From Dimorphilus gyrociliatus (lineage: Eukaryota > Animalia > Annelida): a stretch of DNA of 64,000 nt. The DNA is taken from NCBI GenBank assembly GCA_904063045.1, contig CAJFCJ010000019.1, positions 2,061,700 to 2,125,699 on the forward strand. The letters run 5' to 3'. Below the pieces are notes generated by a model. The model was not told the origin of the DNA. It saw only the letters and a program-made list of their open reading frames with translations, and searched no databases. Positions 38,301-49,543 of this stretch are shown here, piece after piece (positions within the stretch are counted from its first letter, which is position 1; every line of letters starts with the position of its first letter). The translations under genes were made by a program, and so were the position numbers.

Positions 38301-40682
38301 GTTTAAATGTTTATTTGTTATTATTTTTTTGTTCTTACTTTCCAAAATTACGCCACTTTATTTCTAGCAATCTTTCGACGGATCGGTGGGTAATGAGGTC
38401 AATTTGGTTGAAGGCAACCAAAACTCTTAACTGATATTGTATAAATTTGTTTGTATATTTCAGCATAGAATATAGAAAATTTTACATAAGGAGAAAAGTT
38501 GGATTGGTCCTTTTTTTTTAAGTAAACAGGATGTGGGAAGTCTGAAGAAATGAGTAATACTTACAGCAGTCTGTGGATGCCCTTTCAATTGGTCACCAGC
38601 CTTTTTTGGTTCTAGATGATTTAAATGATAAAATTGTCTTCTATTAGCCCTATCAGTGGTATGGAACTGATCTAATGCCAATTTAGCAACTGGGGGCATT
38701 TTTGTTATCATTAAAACTACAGCAGATTGTCCACTGTCGTCTATTATATTGAAAAATAGAATTATATTAACTTCAATATCTTTAGTTTGAATCTGTAATT
38801 ATAATCAACCTATAACTCCTGCTGGAGCTGGATCATCAAGTTCTATCAACATTCTGGCAGTTTCACTTCGATCTTTAATAAAAAGTGTATTGTAGCTACT
38901 GTTGAACTAAGGGATTTGTTTTTTATTGTTTTTTTTTTAATAAATTACCTAATTCTGCCGCAACGTGCAAAGGTGTACGGCCTTTGTAATCTCTCTTTTG
39001 TTTGTATTCACATCCGTGGTTTATTAACGCTTTCAAACTGTTTACAGAATCTGTTCTAGCTGCAAAATGTGTTGGTGTTTGAAGTTCTCCCTTCGTTAGA
39101 CTTTCCTTATTTGCTGTATAAACAAAAATTTATAATACTGCAAATCGATTTCATAATAGACTCAAACCTCCTTCCATTATAAGAAAGTTGACCATTTCGG
39201 TATAATCAACTGCAGCGGAAATATGAAGAGGTGTTCTACCATAGTTATCACCTCTGTCAATATCGGCACCATTCTCCAAGAGGAATTTAGCAACATCAAT
39301 ATGCCATACTCTTGCAACTTCATGTAATACTGTTTGGCCATATTTATCTGCGCAATTAATATCAGCCCCGTTTTGTAATAGTTTTTCAATAAAATCAAAA
39401 TCAACTGCATCATTTTGATGTGGATGTTTGCTAGCTTGAGCAAAATGTTCTATCAAGAGACGATTTTGTCCTTTACGATATTTGATTCTATTCGGATAAT
39501 AAGTAGTGTTAGCATAAATATCTCTTTTTTATTTCGTTACTAAAGTATTTACTCCGAAGTTCGCATTTTACCATCAACTGCATCTTCGGATCTGTTTTCA
39601 TCCTGTTGTAAATCAATCACAAGACCTTGACCTCCCGTTTTTCTCCTATCTACTTTGTCTGTTAAGTTAAAAAATTACAATATTTAGCACAAGATGAAAT
39701 TGTCAATCAGAGAGCAGGAAGCTAAAAGTCTTTAAATAATGATTCAAATTGACTTAAAGTGCTTTTTTTCCAGAAAACAAACCAAACCTTAAATCAAAGT
39801 CTCTACAAGAAAGTATATATATATATATGTACATTTCTTTTCATTGAATTATTAAAACTATATGCAAATGTATGAGAAATAATGAAGCATGCTTTCAGAG
39901 AGTTTACAATAAACAAGATCCCTAGACTTCTATTATATCAGTATATACTAATATATATAAATTTATATATATACAGTATATATATATATATTTATAGATA
40001 GATAGATAGATTCTTTGTTTATAGTGATAAAATGCAGAAGCAGGCACACTGTTAAGTGAAAAAAAGATATTAATCATTTACCCAAAGCGTCATCAGAATC
40101 TGTCAAATGTTTATATACAAAATATGTAGTAAAAACAAAAGAAAGATATAAAAACATTTTCAAAAATTATTAAAGAGTGTTTTGAACGTTTTTATCCTAT
40201 TGAAAGTGCTTGTATAGCTTTTTTGAATCATTCTACAGATAATTATTGTCAGTAACTTTTATAGCTTGATTAAGAAAGATAGAAAAGTTTTATCCTTACC
40301 GCCATCTGAAACAAAATTTTAAATTAATAAAGCTAAAACAGTGTATAATGATAATTAAAAACTTTTTATCTTTACCCAAAGACACTAATCTTCTGGTTTT
40401 TGTATAATGTTGCCATTTGTTTCCCCCAGTTTTGGCGTTTGTAATAGCTACGATGGCATTAGCCTTTGACGTAAGAGATTTTCTTTTTGGAGATATAGTA
40501 CTGATAGAAAATTATATTTTAGAGTTTGAGCTTCGACTTCATTTAGCCACTTACAATGTTTTTTCTAAGCCATCCGAAAGTTTGTTATTTTCGTCACTTT
40601 CTGAAACATTTAGTTTTGCATTTGAACGCTTTTTTCTACCATTTTTTGATTTCTTCCTTTTAGAATCTTCAGTTTCAGTCAT
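35374..40682 (-). CDS. Ankyrin-repeat TRP cation channel (TRPV-like/TRPVL candidate), about 17 exons
   Basis: Approximate exons: 40682-40555, 40500-40376, 39658-39553, 39487-39166, 39113-38949, 38872-38810, 38740-38565, 38083-37990, 37856-37724, 37659-37582, 37525-37135 (possibly with a small in-frame intron), 37067-36986, 36918-36755, 36692-36375, 35979-35824, 35766-35559 and 35497-35374. About 4-5 ankyrin repeats (GADINCADKYGQTVLH, GRTPLH), HPV...LINVKW, YFNDPWNIFDW, GPFVVMI, pore LFRITLVDDYDFD, S6 MLNLIIALMSDTFQRVY, and a C-terminal coiled coil. Confidence 0.87.
39950..40010. repeat. (TA)n/(GATA)n microsatellite in TRP intron 2
   Basis: Imperfect TA dinucleotide run followed by GATA repeats. 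Similar TA-rich runs occur near 21480-21545. Confidence 0.7.
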
Positions 40683-41414
40683 TTTTACCTATTAAAAAAA
40701 ACCATGGAGTTGTTATAGCAATACCAATACATATCGATTTATTTGCCGCATGGCTAAGGTATTTACGCGCTCCTATATTGAAATTTTTGCAATCGCGCAC
40801 AAAATTATGTAAACACTAAGCCTCTAAACAACGTAGCGGTTCGGTAAAAAGAAACAATATTTTCTGGTCAAAAAATAATTTATTGAAGTGTTCAAATGTA
40901 GCTGAAAAGCTAACTTGAATAAGTGGAAATAACAAAACAAGAACAATATTGAAGGACAACAACAAAGAATATCTCTAGTATACGCAAATAAGTTTCGGCA
41001 GCAAAGGCTGGAACTCTGGTACCACTATTGAGTAAACAACGTCGCCGGCAGTGACCAATGCTCAACAGGAAAAAGAAGAAATTTGTGCCGTGCTGTATTT
41101 GATACGACGTAGAGTGTTCAGATCAGTTCGAGGCTGAACAAAACCTTTGGTTGCTAGCAAGGATTTACCCAAATACCTTACTCGCTATCTGTTACTGTGT
41201 CCAACGGGTCACAAGTCAGCAGATATTAGCGCAACATTGTCCAACAACATGCAAAAACGTGAAAGACACGGATTTTTTGGTGCGAACTGTACTTTTTAGC
41301 AGTGGAATCTATATTGATGCATCACAAGGAACAAGACAAATTCGACGAAATGAGAAAGCAGTTTCTTATTCAAAGTATGTAGTTCGCAGTGTCGACTTTA
41401 ACAATGCAAGAAGA

Positions 41415-41831
41415 TCTGAAAATTAATCTAAAATTAGTATATGTGAAAAATAAAATTATTAATCGGTAACTTACCAAAAAGTGCGGTATCTGTCAAGCAA
41501 AGTCAAGTCGTTGTCGAATCTTTGAGCATCCTTTCAAGTATTGAAAGGCCGGAACTGTAAAAAAAGACATTTAGATATACTGAAATACGGATAACTAGAT
41601 AATTGACTTACGTTCAATAGAGCTGACCAGTCGCGACCCCGCCTCTACTGACTTCATAGTGGACGTGAAAGTATCTTCGCTACCATATGGATCTTTGCAG
41701 AGAACTAAAAACATTTACAAATTTACTTTTGTTATATTCATATACTTTGTAATAAAACTTACACTTTCGATGCTCAATCGCTTTCTAACAAAGCACGATT
41801 TCGCCTCCCATTTTATAAGATACCCAGACAT
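41415..41831 (-). ncRNA. Spliced, apparently non-coding transcript or multi-exon 5' leader upstream of the TRP gene
   Basis: Three 57-59-nt AT-rich introns with GTAAGT donors and pyrimidine-AG acceptors (41762-41705, 41611-41555, 41474-41416) separate GC-richer exons. The exon 41554-41475 has stops in all three frames. CCAAT box about 41855. Confidence 0.4.
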
Positions 41832-42902
41832 TACTCAACTAATTAGATTAGTGATTGGCTAAAAATCAAATTGTCTACGTGACATCAAATCACGCAAATT
41901 TCGGAAAAAATGACCTTTCCAAAATATTTAAGGTCAAAACAATAATTTCTTTAATTTTAATAAATATGGCTTTTAGATGGAACGTCCGAGAACGTATTAA
42001 GCTTACATATAAAAATGCTCTAACAAACGAAATGAATAGGTAGAACTTTGACTTGTATGAGTGGCCTCGTATACTTGGAAGAAGCCAAAGTATTTCTTTC
42101 AAATTGACTAAATAAGCGTAGAGAATGTGCTATTATCGAAAATTTTGTTAAAAGATCAAGTAGATGAGACATAACTACGAATAAAACCTTAAAATTTACG
42201 ATGGAGAAGGATAATATTGCGTAATTCCATTTTTATTACCAAGACAGTGTTATATTGTAATAATATATTATTAAAACTTAAAAATTTGCTAAAAGATTAT
42301 ATTAAAGACAATTTAAACTGAATTAAAATCTTATTTTTTCAAATAAGTATTTGTTCTTAATTTTATTGTTGTATGTCCTAGTAACAGACCTATAGTATAC
42401 TGCTCAAATATTCTATTAGTATACTTCAATAATATCTTCTAATTAATTTAATTAATTCAACTTTGGATAATATTCTAATTAACATTCAACTTTAAACGAA
42501 ATGATAGAATTTATTATTCTATTCTTTTAAAACTTTATAATTTAGGTTATATTAATAAAAGAATTAAGCCTACTATTCTTTAATTATTTAAGTTAGATAA
42601 AATATGCTTATAAATAGTGTATACAGTGTTATATTTGAACTTTTCTAAAATAGCCGTGTTCTTCAAAAGCTAATTAGTAACGAACTCAATTTGACATTAC
42701 AACTAAAAGTAAATAAGAGAGCCAATATTCATATTGTCTATATATAAATATACATGATTGTATACAATGATTGTTAAACTATTATTGAAAAACTATTTAC
42801 TTTCTTTTTGTGCGGGCATTTTAACCAAATCGAATTTTATTCAAAATTATAGTGCAGTGTCCTATTACGATATTCCATCAGTACACTCACGCTTTTTCTG
42901 TT

Positions 42903-43900
42903 ATGGATTTTGGCAAGCGTCAATTGGAGAGATATGGATGGAAGAAAGGTAAAAATTGTCAACAAGAAATATTAAGTTGCTTTTAAAATTGGAAGCTTTA
43001 ATAGTTCTAATACAATATAAAGGCGTCTACTCTTTAAAATAAAAAAAATACATTGAGCGATAATTTCACACAGGAACTGGTCTTGGAAAAAGACGAAATG
43101 GAATGAGAGAGGCTATTAAAGTCAATTTAAAAAGAGATAATACTGGAGTGAGTTTATTTTTTATATCTAACTACATAAATACTTTTATTTATTCTCTGTA
43201 ATATATGACGAGTAAGCAACTAAATTTTGTATTTATACTGTAATATACATAACAAAAATACTTTCTGTAATATATAGGTAGGTCATGATCGAGGAAAAGA
43301 GTTCAAAATTCACTGGTGGGATCATCTATATAACTCTACTGCTAATAAAATTGAAGTTGAAAATGAAAAAGTAAGCTAACATTAATAAACAATCTATTTC
43401 TTTATATCAATTTGCTACTTATCCTAGGCAGCCGTCAGTATTAAAAAATCAAATACAAAAGAGACTAAAAACACATATGCATCAAAGGAGTTGCTTTATG
43501 GTCGATTCAGAAAGGTTGATATTCGTTTATATGTTCAGCTATGCATAACAATAAATCTTTTGTTCACATAGTCTGGAACACTGGTAGATGGTGGTATGAA
43601 AAAGCTTGAGAATAAGCTGGATTCTACATCATCATCATCATCATCATCTTCGTCGTCATCTTCATCGTCGTCAGATGAAAGTGATGAAGATCTCGAAATG
43701 AAGTGCGTTAAAATGAGCACTTTTGAATCGTGTAAACGAAGAACAGCACATCCGTAAGTAATTTGTTCAAAAGCCAAAATTTTATATCTAATAAAATGTT
43801 TTTGGTCTTTTTCAGAGGCGGACGCTTTGGAATTCGAATGACAGGGAAGCTTAAACGCTTAGAAATGCAAGAATCCTCTAATAAAAAGCCAAAGTTGTAG
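42903..43900 (+). CDS. GPATCH4: G-patch domain-containing protein 4
   Basis: Exons 42903-42948, 43074-43147, 43278-43370, 43428-43514, 43572-43753 and 43816-43900. FGKRQLERYGWKKGTGLGK..NGM.EAIKV.LK.DNTGVGHD..KEF..HWWDHLYNST, LLYGRFRK, a poly-Ser/acidic tract, RRTAH and GKLKRLEMQE. Confidence 0.9.
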
Positions 43901-45449
43901 CTTATTTACACAAAAAAAACCATATACTTGAAGACTTAAAAAGTGGAAATGCATATAAATTGTTTCGCAGCTTGATGTTATTTAGTCAAGACAAATTAAC
44001 GCTATCGTTTACCTGTGATTCAAATTTCGATGAAAACTTAATACAATGCAGCGTGTTACAGTTTGTTCGTGAATTTTTGATGATTTCACTATTTGTATTA
44101 TTAGGCAATTATTTGATTATTACATGTACAAATAATAAGAACTTTAAATCGACCTATTTCTTTTTAACTAATGAAATTAGACAACAATCCTTTTTTTTGT
44201 ACAGCTAATTACTTCTCTTCTTTTCCTGTTGTTTGTGAATAAATGTTAATTATTCATTTATAAATTTTACCATTCATACTAAGCCGACAGTGTTAATGCT
44301 GATAAAATATTGAATTTTCAGAATTCAATATGTGATAAGAACAAGACAATGTAAAGTGTTAATATTGTGGCTTAAAAACGCTTATTAAAAAATCATTAAG
44401 AGTTATTATTAACTTGCATTGTATCTTGTTAACTGTAAAAGACTGGTTTGTTGAATAAGCCTTTTTTAGTACTACCTGCAAAAAAAAATAAAGTTAAAAA
44501 TCTTTCCTATAGAGGAGATAGCATGGATGAAATACGCTGAAAATGATTTATTACATTAGTATATAGTTTTGTTCAGAAATTCAATCGGCTTTATTCAATC
44601 ATAAATCCTATTCCTATTATAGTAAAATCACTTTACAAAAGAGTTTTTTTTAATCAATAGACGATGATATTGGTATGTTTAATTCATTGAAAACTACTTA
44701 ATTTATAACTTAGTATCAAGAACAAGTGAACAATAGAATTAATAGCATCTTACAAGGTACTTGCTATACTATTCTTATTAATTAGTTTTCTATTTATTTT
44801 CTCTGATATGCGGGTTATATTGACTTGTATAAATTGAACAAGAGAAAAAGACGGGGATAGACAGTAAGGTTAAGGTTGACTAGAGAGAAAGAAAGACTAA
44901 TTCGGCCTATCTCGTCCCACTCTTAAATACTTTATTGTAAAGCCGCCACGGCCCGGGTATGCACAGTGGTGCGTTGGAAGAATAGGTATTTATTTTATAT
45001 ATATTATACAGTTCGTACTAAAATTCGTTTATTATCCCGGGCGTTAACATAGACGGTATGAGAATATGAAAAAATAGGAAACATAGATTAAATATAATAG
45101 TTAGGTAGATGAACGAGAGTTGGTGAACTTAACTTTATTTTTCTTAAAGAGTGACTGAAGTTGACCGTGAAAAAAAAAGTTGACGAAAAACTTAAGGACT
45201 CGCCCTTAACAACCTGTTGAGCCATTTTCTACTCTTTCTTATTCCAAACTATCGGTAGGTCTTTCTTTTTAATATGATAATTAAGTTTTTTCAGCAGAAA
45301 GGAATTGTTTTACTTTTTTTGTTACTAAGCTATTTCTTCAAGAAATATTCGTTTGTGTAAATATGTGTAGAATGACTATCTATCTATCTATATATTTAAA
45401 TTAATATTACAAGGGGGGCCCATTTTTTTCTTTTCTTTACAGAAAAAAC

Positions 45450-48400
45450 ATGCTTAAACCGGCGGCTTTCGTTGTCTGTATTTTCGCTCTGGTCGATATC
45501 TCTATAGAGCAAGGTAAGAGTCAAAAGAAAAGCGATGTTAAAGTCTGAATTATTTCAATTGAATAGAAAAAAAACTTGCTTTCAATAAGAACGAATAAGG
45601 TAACGCCGCTACCTTTGGCTAAATTGATTTAGAATGAAACGAGAATATATATAGGCTTTTTGCATATGAATCTTCGTTATAAGATTACGGCTTACATAAG
45701 TCTTTGAGCTCATAGCCTGGTGAGAGGACGGGGGGCGGGTAGGGGGTGGAAGGGAGCACAATGGTTGTCCTTTATAATAAAACCGATTCTTTTGTGACAG
45801 GACATTGTAAACTAAAAGACAAGAAAGAGAGCGTCAAGAAGGGCGTCCAGTTATAGGAAATATATGTATATTCTGTATATATATTAGTATATTTACGAAA
45901 TTATATAGCATTTCGGAGTGAACAGTCAAATAGGCTGAACACTTCAAGTACTTAAAACTTACAACTTTCTTGTCAATAGAATCGTAGATGGCGCTCATAA
46001 ATGTCACGATCACCCTCTGTAGAACGTTTTATCGTAAATCACAGATTCCTTTATTTTTAGTATCATTATTAATAATGCGTAGGCGTATTAAATAGTCATT
46101 CATTGCTTGGTTCTATCAATACCGCTTCTATAGAAAGTATTTAACTACTCAAATATGAATCTACAAACTCCTTTTTCTTCTTAATTTAAAAGGCAGAGGA
46201 CCTTGTGAAACTTTTCGTTGTTTGAACGGCGGATGGTGTGTTCTAGATTCAACTAGAACCAGAGCGTCTTGTAGATGCGCTCCTGGGTTTAGTGGATCTA
46301 CTTGTCAAAATGGGAGAGAACCTGTGAATCCGTGCGATCCGAACCCATGCCAACACTCAGGGTGGTGTAGAAGGGAACTAGGTTCGGAGACATCATACAG
46401 ATGTGTCTGTAACAATGGTTGGATGGGTTCACTATGTGAAGCTCGTCGAACAAGCACTGATCCTTGTCGCAATAATCCTTGCGGAAATAGAGGTAGCTGC
46501 ATCTATCAAGGCGAATCTTACAGATGTAAATGTTCCAATATTAATTATTGGGGAGTTCATTGTGAAAGAGGTAAGAGATAGTCATCTTGTAATGACCTAC
46601 TCAATCCTGACTACCAAATTTAGATGGAAATCCTTGCCGTGGAAACAATTGTAATAACAGAGGGTTCTGTAAGACTGAAACTGGAACTTGCCAGTGCTCA
46701 ACTGGATGGGAAGGAACAAGATGTGAAACCAGTTTGTACTTATAACTTTCGAGTAAATCAATAATACTATAAAAGTGAATTTTCGTAGGGAGCCAAGGTT
46801 TTAGATTATGTGAGAATGTGAACTGTAATGGCCGAGGTACATGCGATTCTTTAACCGGAAATTGCATTTGTAACAAACTGTACTGGAGTGGAAATAGATG
46901 CCAAAATTGGGGTAAGTTTTAAAAATCATACTCAAAGTTCGCAGATATATTTTACTTATGAAAAATGGCACTCTTTTAAAAAATTAGTTCTTCCCTTCCG
47001 TTGTAATGGAAACAGTGATTGCAATAATGGACGATGCCACGAAGGCTATTGTATTTGTAATACTGGATACGGTGGATTTAGGTGTAACGAACCTTGTAAG
47101 GCGAATTACTTAAAATAGATATATTAAAATATTTTAATTCTCCTTCGCCGACATTCTTTTAAATAGACCAAATTAGGTGTCAAACTAGAGCTGACTGTAG
47201 TAATCGTGGCGAATGCTCGAAGGGAACTTGCTGGTGTAACCCACCATACGATGGATTCGACTGTAGCCAAAGTAAAGTTTTTTACCTCTTAAAAATAATC
47301 TAATACATTAAATGACCGTACCAATTCTTCAAAAGCTGTAAGCAACGTTTGCAGAAGTAGACAAGACTGTAATAACAGAGGAAATTGTAATAGTGGAAGA
47401 TGCGATTGCACAGTTCCAGGATGGGGTGGACTTACGTGTAATAGAGGAATTTATTGTACACTTAATGGAGATTGTCGTAATGGTGGTACATGCGGTAACG
47501 GTTTTTGCGAATGTCGAAGTGGCTTTACAGGCAACAACTGTCAAACTGGTAAATGATATTATTCAAAAGATGCTTGGTATTAAATTCTATTTTTTCCTTT
47601 AGAAACATTCACTTGCAGGAATACTGCAGACTGCAGTAATAGAGGAACATGTATATCTGGAAATTGCGTTTGTACATCTGGATTCAGTGGAAATCGATGC
47701 CAAAGTAATATAACTAATTATACAATATTCTTTAAATACATTTCTTCAACTTTCTTTTAGATTTTGCTTGCAGAGATTCAATTGATTGTAGCAGACATGG
47801 AACTTGCAGAAATAACGTGTGTGTTTGCGATAGTACATGGAGCGGAATTAACTGCGATACTCGTAATTGAAAATTGAATATTAATTTTTAACTTCATATA
47901 AAAAGAATGATAATTATATAATAATATTCTAGAGCGTTTCTGCCAAAGTAGAAGCGATTGTAGTAATAGAGGAACTTGCCGAAATTCCATATGCGAATGT
48001 GACAGTGGATTTACAGGAAACTTTTGCGAAAGAAGTAATAAATATTCATTTAATCGAATATAATTAACATATTTTTAATTATCATAATTCTTTAACTTCA
48101 AGCAACTGGAGTTAGAATCTGTGAAACAAGAAGTGATTGTAATAATAGAGGAAACTGTGTCAATACTCAACAAGGAAGTGAATGCCAATGTGATAGAGGA
48201 TATCAGGGAATCAGATGCGAATCTAGTAAGACTCAATATAAATATCTACTTATTCCCTTTCTATTCAATCCAAAAATATTATTCAATTGTTTTCAGATAG
48301 ATATTGTTTCAACGAAGCTGACGACTGCAACGGGCGTGGTACTTGCAGAACCGATGGTAGTTGCAGCTGTAATACTGGTTGGTCGGGCAACGTATGCGAA

Positions 48401-48979
48401 AGTAAGCATTCAAACTCTACAGTTATAACTATGTGTTTAGTCTGGTAAACATGATAAAATTCTCATTTTAAGCCCGAGTACAAGAATTCTGCAGAAGAAA
48501 TGAAGATTGTAACAACAATGGAAATTGCGTTAATGGAGTAAGATGCGATTGTTTCAGCGGATACTCTGGAGATAAATGTCAAGGTAAGCGATAATATGCT
48601 TAATCTATTTTTCGTTCATTTTAAACAACTGAATATTAAACTTTTATTTTTTTAGTTGCCGACCCAGATTGTACATCAAATACAGACTGTCAAAACGGAG
48701 GTTTATGCTTGGATAACAAATGTCAATGTACATCTGACTTTACTGGAAAGAATTGCGAGATATCAAGTAAGAAAGGATTTATTTTAATTTGTATTTGTCA
48801 TTTATATTAAACTTAAAACAGAGAAAGCAAGACCTGCCTGGTGCGAGACGATCCCGGCTAAGGATGATATATATTACCCCTCCATTTGTACCTATTATAT
48901 CGCGGATTGTAAAGCTACAGATCCTAATCTGTATTTAAAGATGCAACAAAACTGTTGGAAGAGTTGCTGTGTAAACTAA
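45450..48979 (+). CDS. Secreted EGF-repeat protein (about 16 EGF-like repeats, tenascin-type) with a C-terminal ShKT-like domain
   Basis: Signal-peptide exon 45450-45513, a 3-EGF exon 46193-46570, then twelve phase-1 exons each with 1-2 EGF units (C-x5-DC..RG.C...C.C..G..G..C). The last exon ends WCETIPAK...SICTYYIADCK...MQQNCWKSCCVN* at 48979. No TM segment seen. Confidence 0.85.
45729..45755 (+). other. Potential G-quadruplex in intron 1 of the EGF-repeat gene
   Basis: GGGGGCGGGTAGGGGGTGGAAGGG contains four runs of at least 3 G with short loops. Confidence 0.45.
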
Positions 48980-49543
48980 ATGATCAAAAAAACTTTCTCT
49001 TCCCTATTCATTAAATTTTTATTAACCTCAATGGAAATATAGGTTTTCTTTTCAGTATCCTCCACATTGTAATTAATATTCAGAACTAATTAGAATATGC
49101 GGAAACTTATTGTTTTTTTTTTTATTTTCCCCTTGTTAAGCGTCTGATCTTGTACAGTATGCATTGTACAAGTATAACAAAAATTTGCTGTATTGTACAC
49201 ATCGTCTAGGAACCAAAATCTAGTTGTATCTTTAAATTATTACATTGAAAGTCAGTTTTTGGTCTTTTAATGCAGATGCTTCTTGTTTTTTTTTTAATTA
49301 TAAATTTAATTAATATTTTATGTTTATGATGAAAAAACTTAAAAAAAATAACAACAGAGTTTTGTCTTAGTTTGTCATTCGGAGAATTAGAGTAAGAAAA
49401 AAAAAACAAAGGAAATACATATATAACACATTTTTTTTGCTTATAATAAAAGTTATTTCTATTAAAATAATAATCTGTAATAGATAAGAAAAAGGTTTAA
49501 TGATAAGGAAGATAGGGATCATAAAAGGAAGAATATTGTTATT

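Noticed and set aside
41270-41405. Short peptide-level repeat (LLKSTLRT / LLKSTVRT) in a minus-strand frame
   Set aside because: The frame is interrupted by TAA and TAG between the two copies, and the match is too short to exclude chance.
41058-41426. Plus-strand ORF (ATG 41058) with one in-frame TGA at 41100 and an HCPTTCK motif, suggesting a selenoprotein or ShKT fragment
   Set aside because: No SECIS-like element was recognised downstream, the Cys spacing does not fit ShKT, and the splice signals in this region point to the minus strand.
41530-41548. CCTTTCAA-GTA-TTGAAAGG hairpin as a possible terminator or miRNA
   Set aside because: An 8-bp stem is too short for a pre-miRNA, and intrinsic terminators are irrelevant in a eukaryote.
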